From contig OZ244042.1 in NCBI GenBank assembly GCA_965215015.1, positions 2,752,001-2,816,000 of the forward strand: a DNA stretch of 64,000 bases, written 5' to 3'. Below the pieces are notes generated by a model. The model made no database searches. It was not told where the DNA came from and saw only the letters and a program-made list of their open reading frames with translations. Position 1 is the stretch's first letter. The number at the start of each line of letters is the position of its first letter. Positions 1 to 9,076 of the stretch are shown here, piece after piece. The position numbers and the translations under genes are program-made. The stretch is from Candidatus Poribacteria bacterium (GTDB lineage Bacteria > Poribacteria > WGA-4E > PCPOR2b).

Positions 1-85
1 CGAACACGTTGAACCCGAATATGGGGCCTCCATTTTTGAGGATATTTTTGGCGGGATTGACAATCAGTGGTCCTTCAGATCGCAT
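1..85 (-). CDS. 5' part of a gene running off the window, possibly HpcH/HpaI aldolase family
   Basis: ATG at 85 reads MRSEGPLIVNPAKNILKNGGPIFGFNVF and stays open to the window edge; NPxKxxLxxGxPxFG resembles HpcH/HpaI N-termini; follows the amidohydrolase on the same strand. Confidence 0.45.
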   Translation of the reverse strand, partial: MRSEGPLIVNPAKNILKNGGPIFGFNVF

Positions 86-127
86 GTTGCCACTTTCTGT
101 AAAAGTCAAAGATGATGGTAATGGTTA

Positions 128-1534
128 TCAATTCGCGAGTTGCCACTCGGAACCCAACTCGATACCAAGTCGCTTCGCCCGCGCAATAACCGAATCAGAA
201 ACAGTTTTGCAGACCTCAAGTTCATCCACTCGCGTTGAACCCCCTCCGCTGAAAACGACCTCGCCGTTGACTAGGACCGTATCCACGCTGCCGGCTCTCA
301 TCCTTAACGCCAGCGCATGAACAGGATTGTTGTCAGGATAGGCTTCAGAGGCCCCTGTGGATCTCACAACGATGTCCGCACGTTTACCGGGCTCCACGCT
401 GCCCAACTCTGCGTCTAGTCCGGCTGCCGCTGCTGCATTGAGGGTCTGCATTTCTATTAACGCGCCGGGGGAGAGGGGGTCAGCATAGGTCTGTGAAGCG
501 TAGTGTGCTGCGAGCATAGTCTCACCCGGTGTGCAGTCGAAGGCACCGTCGGTGCCAAGCGAAACGCAGACGCCGCGACGATATCGCTCCGACATCTTAA
601 ATTTTGTACTGAACGTGATGCCGAGAGAGAAAAACGCCGTCGGACACCATACAATTTGGCAACCCGTTTGGTGAACTACGGTTTCCTCCTTCGCATCCAG
701 TGCGTTAGCATGAACAATAACGGTGTGTTCGTCGAGGAGCCCCAGTTCCTGCAAGTGTACAAGATGGCGTCTCCCGATCCCAGCGTGATAATGCTCGGCA
801 CTTCGGGGAACATAGCCTGCATGTAGATGCAGCGGTACGTTATTGTCGCGCGCGCAGGCGTGTGCCGCCTTCAACAGCTCCGGCGAGGCAGTTCCTTCCC
901 CATAAACGAAGATATACCCGCGGACCAAGGCTTCGGAGTTATTGTTACGGTAAAGTTCTGCCTCCAATTGTCTAATACATCGGTTGTAGTCAATGGGCGC
1001 ACGCGCCATGAGGCTTGGACTTGCAAGCGCAGGAATCGCATCGAAGGGTTCGCGTCGATCCCAAAGATAAAGTGGAGAGAAAAGGGACCTTAAGCCCACA
1101 CGCTCAACGGCTTCTGCTCCTGCTTCAGTGGAGAACAACGATCCCGGCTCGATGAACATCGTGAAACCGTTGCGAAGCATCTCAATCGCCGCCAAGGCGG
1201 TCGCTGCGGTCTCGTCCGCGTCGGTAACGCTTGCTTTCCACTCCGCAAAATTGATGGGCAAGGGGCCTGCATCGTGAATGTTGCCGAAAATTCCACGACA
1301 GCTGGTATGCACAATATGGTTGTGTGCATCAATGAAACCGGGGTGCACGATAGCACCTGAAGCGTCGATCTTCTTTCGTGCATCAAAGCTTTGTTGTAGC
1401 TCAGCATCAGTCCCGACTTCCACGATGCGCGAACCGGCGATCGCCACCGCGCCCGGACGATAGATCCTACGATCCGGATCCATGGTAAGAATCTGGCCAT
1501 TATGAATGAGAATGTCACATGTTCTTTTGTTCAT
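128..1534 (-). CDS. Amidohydrolase family protein (MTA/SAH deaminase- or AtzA-like)
   Basis: 468 aa ORF with PGFIDAHNH (HxH), HLH, SLGTDG and GSVEPGKRADIVV motifs. Confidence 0.9.
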   Translation of the reverse strand: MNKRTCDILIHNGQILTMDPDRRIYRPGAVAIAGSRIVEVGTDAELQQSFDARKKIDASGAIVHPGFIDAHNHIVHTSCRGIFGNIHDAGPLPINFAEWKASVTDADETAATALAAIEMLRNGFTMFIEPGSLFSTEAGAEAVERVGLRSLFSPLYLWDRREPFDAIPALASPSLMARAPIDYNRCIRQLEAELYRNNNSEALVRGYIFVYGEGTASPELLKAAHACARDNNVPLHLHAGYVPRSAEHYHAGIGRRHLVHLQELGLLDEHTVIVHANALDAKEETVVHQTGCQIVWCPTAFFSLGITFSTKFKMSERYRRGVCVSLGTDGAFDCTPGETMLAAHYASQTYADPLSPGALIEMQTLNAAAAAGLDAELGSVEPGKRADIVVRSTGASEAYPDNNPVHALALRMRAGSVDTVLVNGEVVFSGGGSTRVDELEVCKTVSDSVIARAKRLGIELGSEWQLAN

Positions 1535-1689
1535 TGGTTAATTGGTACGGGCGGGCTAGGAAGCCCAATCTATGGATGGGGCGGTTAGAAAAAGAAAGTA
1601 CAAAGAGCAACCGAGTTTTTGGCAAGCGCGGGCAGGGGGCACCCACGGTCCCTGTCGTACGATTTCTTAACATGAGCCAAAACTGTATA

Positions 1690-2790
1690 TTACCAATCCT
1701 GCACCGACCCATCCTCCCGCCGCAGATGGATGGGATCCTTTGACGAATGCGGATATTTCGCTGCGGCTTCCTCATTCAGGTCAATCCCTAAGCCCGGCGC
1801 ATCTGTTGGTAAGAGATAACCGTCTTCTGTCCGCATATCATTTGGGATGACTTCGTTCATCCAATCAGTGTGCGGTCCATATTCCTGTACCGCGCAGTTT
1901 GGTATCGACATATTCAGATGCAGCATCGCCGCCGTGCTGACCGGACTTCCTGTGTAATGGCAGGCCAGCTCCTGGTAATGCACCTCTCCCATCGCTGCGA
2001 TTTTCTTTCCTTCGGTGATTCCACCGCTATGGCAGATGTCCACCCGGAGGTAGTCGATCAGCTCTTCTTCGATCAATTCACGGAACAGCCATTTTGTCGG
2101 CAGCTGCTCACCGGTGCCAATTGGCACATTTGTATGCGCCCGGAGCATCGCAAACGAGGCTGGATTCTCTGAACGGATGGGGTCCTCAACGAAGAATGGA
2201 TGGTACTCTTCAATTCCATTGCACAACTGAACAGCGTGAGGCGGTGTCAAGCGTGTATGTACCTCAAAGATGATTTCGACCTCATCGCCGACCACCTGCC
2301 GTGCCGCTTTCATATACTCAATCCCACGCCGGGTCGCCTCCTTTTGATTAAAGCCACCATCACACCGAATTGGCGAGATGCGTAGCACCTTCCAACCCTC
2401 ATCTATCATCTGCTTGGCACCTTCGATGCCGGCATGACGATAGACCAGAACCTTGTCCCGGGTTGCCCCGCCAAGCAGCCGATAGGTCGGCACGCCGAGT
2501 GCCTTTCCTGCCAAGTCCCACAGCGCGATGTCTATCCCTGCGAGCGCGGATTGCAGCACGGGCCCGCCCCGCCAGAATGTTCCTCGAAAAATGTCCTGCC
2601 ATATATGTTCGATTCGGGTGGCGTCTTGACCCATCAGGAGCGGTTTGAGATGATGTTCCAACGCCCCAACAACAGCCAACGATCTGCCGCTGAGCGAGGC
2701 CTCTCCAACTCCGTATATTCCCTCGTCGGTCACGATTTTGACATATACAAACTGATTCACAACAAATACTTTGAGATCTGTGATTTTCAT
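1690..2790 (-). CDS. Mandelate racemase/muconate lactonizing family acid-sugar dehydratase (galactonate dehydratase-like)
   Basis: Start MKITDLKVF at 2790 after GAGGA; GIDIALWDLAGKALGVP, EVHTR, EDP, GEQL motifs and DGSVQDW C-terminus. Confidence 0.9.
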   Translation of the reverse strand: MKITDLKVFVVNQFVYVKIVTDEGIYGVGEASLSGRSLAVVGALEHHLKPLLMGQDATRIEHIWQDIFRGTFWRGGPVLQSALAGIDIALWDLAGKALGVPTYRLLGGATRDKVLVYRHAGIEGAKQMIDEGWKVLRISPIRCDGGFNQKEATRRGIEYMKAARQVVGDEVEIIFEVHTRLTPPHAVQLCNGIEEYHPFFVEDPIRSENPASFAMLRAHTNVPIGTGEQLPTKWLFRELIEEELIDYLRVDICHSGGITEGKKIAAMGEVHYQELACHYTGSPVSTAAMLHLNMSIPNCAVQEYGPHTDWMNEVIPNDMRTEDGYLLPTDAPGLGIDLNEEAAAKYPHSSKDPIHLRREDGSVQDW

Positions 2791-2866
2791 AGTGTTTTCC
2801 TCGTTACCCTGATGGGCTTTGCGTTTGGCAATAGGTGAAATGTGGTTTGTAAGGCATTGGGGGCAA

Positions 2867-3637
2867 CTACCCCAAGCCCAACTCAACCCACTTGGCGGTC
2901 AATCGCCGGATACGTGGACGGGCACTGTGAAGAAATGCGTCAGAAAACACCCGTCCCGGTCGACTATACTGCAATCGTTGAATCAAATTCAAGACACCTT
3001 GATGGTTCTCCTTCAACAGGGTTGTATCCGCTGCGGTGATGGGTTTAGGCACGAAATTGACCGCTAGATGCCGACGCCCCGTTCCCCCGCCGAAGGACGC
3101 ATGCCACGTATTCATATCGGAGAAGAAGACATCTCCGGGCTGCGATTCAAGCGGAAAACAGGGGATATCAGCACCGGGGAGACCGAACTGTGAGCAGGGT
3201 TTGAGGGTCTCGTGCAGGGGGGTGCGATGGGAACCGGGGATTACCCGCAGACAACCGGTCTCTTTTGTCAACGGATCGAGATACAACGATACCTTCATCG
3301 GCCGATACGCCAGTCGTGTGCCATCTGGATGCCAATCGGTATCGCCCACGTAAAGGTTTCCCTCGGAGCAGAGCCATATAAATCCTTCTCCTAGTAGGGA
3401 TTCGACTGTCTTGTAGATGCGGTCATCCTCCACCAAATCGGTCAGCAATGGGGTGTTTTCGGCAATACCGTAGAGCGACTGACGGCTCTCCCCCGGAAAC
3501 GGCTGTCCGCCCCGCTCCTTGTCAAGCAGCTCATCGAATTTTTGGCAAATCGCGTTCATCTCATCGGGTTGGAAGGCCTGTCTCAGCACCAAAAACCCAA
3601 ATGTTTGAAAGTAAGCAATCTGTTCTTCTGTTATCAC
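2867..3637 (-). CDS. Phytanoyl-CoA dioxygenase (PhyH) family Fe(II)/2-oxoglutarate dioxygenase
   Basis: GTG start after AGGAGGAG; FQTFGFLV, WHPD (HxD), GCLRVIPGSH and WHAS motifs. Confidence 0.9.
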   Translation of the reverse strand: MITEEQIAYFQTFGFLVLRQAFQPDEMNAICQKFDELLDKERGGQPFPGESRQSLYGIAENTPLLTDLVEDDRIYKTVESLLGEGFIWLCSEGNLYVGDTDWHPDGTRLAYRPMKVSLYLDPLTKETGCLRVIPGSHRTPLHETLKPCSQFGLPGADIPCFPLESQPGDVFFSDMNTWHASFGGGTGRRHLAVNFVPKPITAADTTLLKENHQGVLNLIQRLQYSRPGRVFSDAFLHSARPRIRRLTAKWVELGLG

Positions 3638-3745
3638 AACTCTCCTCCTACTGACCCAACCTGTCATGCTAAAATGCTATACACATATCGCTCTGCTGGA
3701 GCTATATTGGTTCATTAATTCATTAAACCGATTAGTAATCTTAGT

Positions 3746-4117
3746 TGTCGAGATGTAAATCTCGACCGACAGGTTGAGGGGAACACTAGCAGGTCGGGCG
3801 TCTCGCCCGACTTTGTGCCTGCACATCGGTTGGGCGAGGAAACTCAACCTACGAATTTTAACATTTATTTGTAATTCAGCGATTCATCGTACAACCACAG
3901 CTCATGCGACAGGAGTCGGCACATTCCGCGTATCCTCCCTCCGCCTGCAAATTCTCCACCGCTTGTGGGGGGCTAGGGGGGTCAGCGGGAGGAAGGGTAG
4001 TTACGGCATACCCCCTATGCCGACTCCCTTAAAGACGTGGGTTGAATTGCGCGACTACAAACTCAAGTGCGTAACTCCTATTCTAATTGACGACAGCAAA
4101 ATGTCAACACGCCCTAG
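3746..4117. repeat. Cluster of REP-like hairpins and MITE-like remnants
   Basis: GTCGAGATGTAAATCTCGAC, GTCGGGCGTCTCGCCCGAC and GGTTGGG..CTCAACCTAC hairpins; GGAGTCGGCA (3912) / TGCCGACTCC (4017-4026) inverted ends; 4041-4085 is similar to 21777-21820. Confidence 0.7.
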
Positions 4118-4131
4118 CAACTTGGGTTATC

Positions 4132-6069
4132 TCATTGAAACGGCACCGGTATCTTGTCCCCATGCCAAGGAAAGGCATAACTCGGTGAGTTCGCAAAGCG
4201 GCGCATCCCAACCTCCAACCGAATCGTTCTCGAAGGCGGAAGTTGAACGGCAAAAAACTTCGCATCAACCGGAACAACCCGCTCCTCCGATGAACCCTCT
4301 GCGTCCACTTCCTGAAACTGTACTTTGGTAAACTGGTGCTCCCCGAAAGCCCCCGCTTGGATGATAAGATTTCGGGTTTCGGTCCTGTTGAGATTCACAA
4401 GTTGAACCCCTACCACGTCCGATCCCAGCTTGTCGACAAGGGCGGCAACATCCTCCGGGACGCCGGGTCGTGCGCGGTCCGGATCGAAGTAACGTACGGT
4501 CGCTCGCAGAAGTCCACCGGTGTAAACAGTCTGTGGGGCACCCAACATCACCTGTGTCAATCCCTTAGTAAGGACAAAGTGCGGAGGCTGCTGGTTATCT
4601 GCGATTATTGTTGGGACATCGCGGGTATCGTTACGCGCCGCCTCAAACGCTGCCAAAGCCCCTTCATATTCGGCATCCAGTATTTTTTGGGGCCAATCGG
4701 GATTCTTCCCATCGTAGTATTGAAATCGTCCATACTCTGTGTCCCCGTTATTCTTTTCTGCCTCAAACATAACGTGGTTCCAATCGCGCTCGACGTCCCC
4801 GGTTCGCACCCTCGTAATCAACTCGTAATCCTGAGGGGCCATTGAGGCGTGATACAAATGCGCCAAATCTTTCATCCGCATCGGCTTATATGCCTCCCAG
4901 CCGTCGGGACCGTATCGAGTCGGAACAAGGAGCTGGCCATCATCGCGTGTAACCGCGTTGTCCAGCAGAAGTTTGACCTGTGAACGCAGGAGTTCGAGAT
5001 AACCGAAGTCCCCGGTGAGCAGGAGCGCGCATTCAGCACCAACAATGAGTGAATTAAACGTAATATCGCCCGCCCAATAACTGTTCCAACCGTAAAGACC
5101 ACCCCACCACTGCCCCTGACGATGCTCACCAATCTTCCCTGTGGGTCCGACGTTGTCCGGGATAATCCCGTTGTTCGCTTCGATTCGATCCATCCACGCT
5201 TCCGTGTATTCGAGGACCCATCGCCTGTACTTTTCATTTCCTGTATACAGATACGCATTGGTCACCAGTGCGGTGGCACCCAGACTATGTGGTACATCGC
5301 CCTTAAGGATGATCCGCTCAACTAGCTTCTCGATTTCCGCTCTTCGTTGTGGCTGCTCATACCAATTCGCCTCCAACTCCTTGACGACCGGATAGAGGGT
5401 TGACCGCATGCCCATCGCCTTACTGGGATCCGCTCCGATTCTTCCCGCAAGCCAATCTTTTAAGTGTTGGAGATCGACCTTGAAACAGGGCCCCCGGCTG
5501 GTTTGGACGGGAGATCGAAAGATTTTATACTTGGGGTCGTAATTCGGGGCTTGTGGGTCTTCACCGATGTACATCGCTGCGAACTGTTTCGCACGTCGGA
5601 CGTTCTCCGAAATAGTAGGGCTAGCAACACCAAAATCATAGAAGGCCATGTTACCTTCGCCCAAATGATGCCATTCCGCCGCACCGGGCTGCGCTAAATT
5701 GTAGTATTCCCTATAGACCTGCTGCGAGAAGCGCGGATGCGTCCGATGCACAATCTCATCGCTACAGATACGGGTTGACGCGTTCCAGCACAGTAGTGCC
5801 AATTCCAGTAGACGCTCATCCGCCCCGAGGGCGTAGAAAAGCCCCCAGTTATAAATTCGTTCATAGAGGTCATCCAAATCGTCCGCGAAGTATAACGCGC
5901 CTCCCGGTTCGGCATACTTCTTGAGCAACATCGGTGCTGCTTCTTCCATGAGGCTTATCAGGTTGCGCTCCTTCAGTGCCCACGCCGGTGGGGCTGAGAG
6001 TTCCGTTGCCTTGAGGCTAACCATCCCGGGAATGGAAACCACATTCCCTGAAAGCGTATCTATTTTCAT
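4132..6069 (-). CDS. Hypothetical protein, 645 aa, probable helical-barrel enzyme
   Basis: Long ORF with GGAG RBS; Trp/Tyr/Asp-rich motifs (DDLYE, EWHHLGEG, WWGGLYGW); family not recognised with certainty. Confidence 0.8.
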   Translation of the reverse strand: MKIDTLSGNVVSIPGMVSLKATELSAPPAWALKERNLISLMEEAAPMLLKKYAEPGGALYFADDLDDLYERIYNWGLFYALGADERLLELALLCWNASTRICSDEIVHRTHPRFSQQVYREYYNLAQPGAAEWHHLGEGNMAFYDFGVASPTISENVRRAKQFAAMYIGEDPQAPNYDPKYKIFRSPVQTSRGPCFKVDLQHLKDWLAGRIGADPSKAMGMRSTLYPVVKELEANWYEQPQRRAEIEKLVERIILKGDVPHSLGATALVTNAYLYTGNEKYRRWVLEYTEAWMDRIEANNGIIPDNVGPTGKIGEHRQGQWWGGLYGWNSYWAGDITFNSLIVGAECALLLTGDFGYLELLRSQVKLLLDNAVTRDDGQLLVPTRYGPDGWEAYKPMRMKDLAHLYHASMAPQDYELITRVRTGDVERDWNHVMFEAEKNNGDTEYGRFQYYDGKNPDWPQKILDAEYEGALAAFEAARNDTRDVPTIIADNQQPPHFVLTKGLTQVMLGAPQTVYTGGLLRATVRYFDPDRARPGVPEDVAALVDKLGSDVVGVQLVNLNRTETRNLIIQAGAFGEHQFTKVQFQEVDAEGSSEERVVPVDAKFFAVQLPPSRTIRLEVGMRRFANSPSYAFPWHGDKIPVPFQ

Positions 6070-6111
6070 TGTTTATCTCCCAGTAACTACCTTACTTAAA
6101 TTTTGGACGCT

Positions 6112-6261
6112 TCATACTACAATAACGCGGGGAGTTTCCGAATATCTGCGCGGAAAATTGATGGGGCTGTGGGCACCAGAGACCTGCCACATCCCGTTGA
6201 GTATCCGACAGATGCGTAAATCTGGGGTGAACGCGCTGGTGTTGGCTTTCGGAAGCTTCAT
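6112..6261 (-). pseudogene. Truncated aldo/keto reductase N-terminus (49 aa)
   Basis: AAGGA RBS then MKLPKANTSAFTPDLRICRILNGMWQVSGAH..., matching the AKR N-terminal RIxNGMWQ pattern; stops after 49 codons. Confidence 0.7.
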
Positions 6262-6286
6262 AAGCGTTTCCTTGTTGAAATAGCTT

Positions 6287-8845
6287 CTAGCGACGTGAAC
6301 CCGAATGTTTTATATTGGATTCAGACAGCAACTGGTATATGTATCTTGCAGGGATAGCAAACGCGTTCATGTGCCTATCGCTCCGTGCGATAATCCCAAG
6401 CAGGATGCCCTGTCTGTTCAGCACCGGTCCCCCACTGTTGCCCCCAAAGATATCGGACTGGAGGTGCAGTGCCCTTCCGGAGTCCTTTTGGAATTGTCCC
6501 AGCTTCCAATGCCACAGGTCGCGGCCTCCCGGATTGCCGAGGATGTAAACCAACTCACCTGTATTTATCCGGGGTGTGGTGCGGCCCCAGTCAATTTGGC
6601 GAGCAGTCTCCGGGAGGCCCTCAAGCCGGATAATCACGAGGTCTGCCTCCACATTTTTGGCTACCACATGGCCTTTGGTATAATAACCGAGTCGCTTTAA
6701 CACGCTACGACTTTTTAGGTAGAACTCCCGCTCTTTAATCAGTTTTCCGTTCTCATCGGGCGCGGGGAAATATACATCTACAGACAGACTTGTGTCTGTT
6801 ACGTGTGCGTTGGTGACGGCGAGCTTAAATTGCTTGTCAAGCAGCACCCCACTCCCTTCACCTATACCCGGGTTCACTATCCACATCACCGCGCGAATCG
6901 CGTTGTCATAGACTCGGTCCGCGTCTGTTTTGGGCGGTGTCGAGGCATCAGGGGCCGCCGGAGGAGTTACCACGGATGGCGGACTGAAATCAAGTGCTGG
7001 GCGCGAGGGAGATATTTTCCACAGGAGCACTGTGCTGTCGTTACTCCCACTTGCCAATGTCCCCCCATCCGGACTGAAGGCTACGCTATTGACCATATCC
7101 GTATGCCCGATAAGTGCCCTCTTCTGTTCACCTGTCACGGCGTCCCACAATCGAACTGTTTTGTCTCTACTCCCACTTGCTAGCGTCCCCCCATCCGGAC
7201 TGAAGGCTACGCTATCGACCGGCCCCCTATGCCCGATAAGCCTCCCCTTCTGTTCACCTGTCACGGCGTCCCACAAACGCACTGTGCTGTCGTTACTCCC
7301 ACTTGCCAATGGCCCCCCATCGGGACTAAATGATACGCTCTGGACCCTATCCGTATGCCCGATAAGCCTCCCCTTCTGTTCACCTGTCACGGCATCCCAC
7401 AACCGAACTGTATCGTCCCAACTCCCACTTGCCAATGTCCCCCCATCTGGACTGAAGGCTACGCTATTGACCATATCTGTATGCCCGATAAGTGCCCTCT
7501 TCTGTTCACCTGTCACGGCGTCCCACAACCGAACTGTATCGTCCCCACCCCCACTTGCCAATGTCCCCCCATCGGGACTAAATGATACGCTCGTGACCCT
7601 ACCCGTATGCCCGATAAATGCCCTCTTCTGTTCACCTGTCACGGCATCCCACAACCGAACTGTATCGTCCCCACCCCCACTTGCCAATGTCCTCCCATCG
7701 GGACTGAAGGCTACACTCCAGACGAAACTCGTACTCCGCCCGATAAATGCCCTCTTCTGTTCACCTGTCACGGCATCCCACAACCGAACTGTCTTGTCCC
7801 AACCCCCACTTGCCAATGTCCCCCCATCGGGACTAAATGATACGCTCGTGACCCTATCCGTATGCCCGATAAGTGCCCTCTTCTGTTCACCTGTCACGGC
7901 ATCCCACAACCGAACTGTATCGTCCCCACTTGCCAATGTCCTCCCATCGGGACTAAATGATACGCTCGTGACCCTACCCGTATGCCCGATAAATGCCCTC
8001 TTCTGTTCACCTGTCACGGCGTCCCACAAACGAACTGTCTTGTCCCAACCCCCACTTGCTAATGTCCGTCCGTCCGGACTGAACGATACGCTATAGACCC
8101 AACCCGTATGCCCGATAAGTGTTCCCTTCTGTTTACCCGACGCGGTGTTCCACAAACGAACCGTCTTGCCCCCACTCCCACTTGCCAACGTCCCCCCATC
8201 CGGACTGAAGGCTATGCTCATGACCAAATCCGTATGCCCGATAAGTATCCCCGTCTGCTCACCCGTAACGGCGTCCCACAAACGAACCGTCTTGTCCCCA
8301 CTCCCACTTGCCAGCGTCCCCCCATCCGGACTGAAGGCTACGCTATAGACCGTATACGTATGCCCGATAAGCCTCCCCTTCTGTTTACCCGTAACGGCGT
8401 CCCACAAACGAACCGTCTTGTCCGCACCCCCACTTGCCAGCGTCCCCCCATCCGGACTGAAGGCTACGCTATAGACCTCATCCGTATGCCCGATAAGTGT
8501 CCCCTTCTGTTTACCCGTAACGGCGTCCCACAAACGAACCGTCTTGTCCCTACTCCCACTTGCCAGCGTCCCTCCATCCGGACTGAACGATGCGCTACTG
8601 ACCGAATCCGTATGCGCGGTGGACAGGGCAACCTCTTGATAGGTTTGTGCATCATAAAGCCAGATACCGATGGAACTCGCAACAGCCAGACGAGCCCCGT
8701 CGGGGGAAAACTGTATTTCATGTATCCGGCCTTTACCGAGGCGCGCTGTGGCACCTTCGGGCAAACCCCATTGCGTATAGTCCTGGGCAAGGACGTTTGA
8801 TGAAAATAAAATAAAAAGAATAAGTAATGTTACGGTTGCTTTCAT
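6287..8845 (-). CDS. Secreted WD40-repeat protein (14 repeats) with C-terminal trypsin-like serine protease
   Basis: Signal peptide ending VLA-Q; 14 FSPD-containing repeats; Pro-rich linker; catalytic motifs TNAHV, DLVII and GNSGGP. Confidence 0.93.
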   Translation of the reverse strand: MKATVTLLILFILFSSNVLAQDYTQWGLPEGATARLGKGRIHEIQFSPDGARLAVASSIGIWLYDAQTYQEVALSTAHTDSVSSASFSPDGGTLASGSRDKTVRLWDAVTGKQKGTLIGHTDEVYSVAFSPDGGTLASGGADKTVRLWDAVTGKQKGRLIGHTYTVYSVAFSPDGGTLASGSGDKTVRLWDAVTGEQTGILIGHTDLVMSIAFSPDGGTLASGSGGKTVRLWNTASGKQKGTLIGHTGWVYSVSFSPDGRTLASGGWDKTVRLWDAVTGEQKRAFIGHTGRVTSVSFSPDGRTLASGDDTVRLWDAVTGEQKRALIGHTDRVTSVSFSPDGGTLASGGWDKTVRLWDAVTGEQKRAFIGRSTSFVWSVAFSPDGRTLASGGGDDTVRLWDAVTGEQKRAFIGHTGRVTSVSFSPDGGTLASGGGDDTVRLWDAVTGEQKRALIGHTDMVNSVAFSPDGGTLASGSWDDTVRLWDAVTGEQKGRLIGHTDRVQSVSFSPDGGPLASGSNDSTVRLWDAVTGEQKGRLIGHRGPVDSVAFSPDGGTLASGSRDKTVRLWDAVTGEQKRALIGHTDMVNSVAFSPDGGTLASGSNDSTVLLWKISPSRPALDFSPPSVVTPPAAPDASTPPKTDADRVYDNAIRAVMWIVNPGIGEGSGVLLDKQFKLAVTNAHVTDTSLSVDVYFPAPDENGKLIKEREFYLKSRSVLKRLGYYTKGHVVAKNVEADLVIIRLEGLPETARQIDWGRTTPRINTGELVYILGNPGGRDLWHWKLGQFQKDSGRALHLQSDIFGGNSGGPVLNRQGILLGIIARSDRHMNAFAIPARYIYQLLSESNIKHSGSRR

Positions 8846-8861
8846 GTAAATTTCTACCCTT

Positions 8862-9068
8862 TCACCTGTATTTATCGGGGGCGTGGTGAAACCCTAGTCA
8901 ATCTGGCGAGCAGTTTCCGGTAGGCCATCAAGCCGGATAATCACGAGGTCTTTCCCCACATTTTTGGCTACCACATGCCCTTTGGTATAATAACCGAGTC
9001 GCTTTAACACGCTACGCCTCTCTAGTATAGAACTTCCGTTTTTTAATCAGTTTTCCGTTCTCATCGGG
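8862..9068 (-). pseudogene. Duplicated internal fragment of the trypsin domain (frameshifted, internal stop)
   Basis: Near-copy of 6555-6760 (PDENGKLI...INTGE). Confidence 0.85.
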
Positions 9069-9076
9069 ACTGGACG

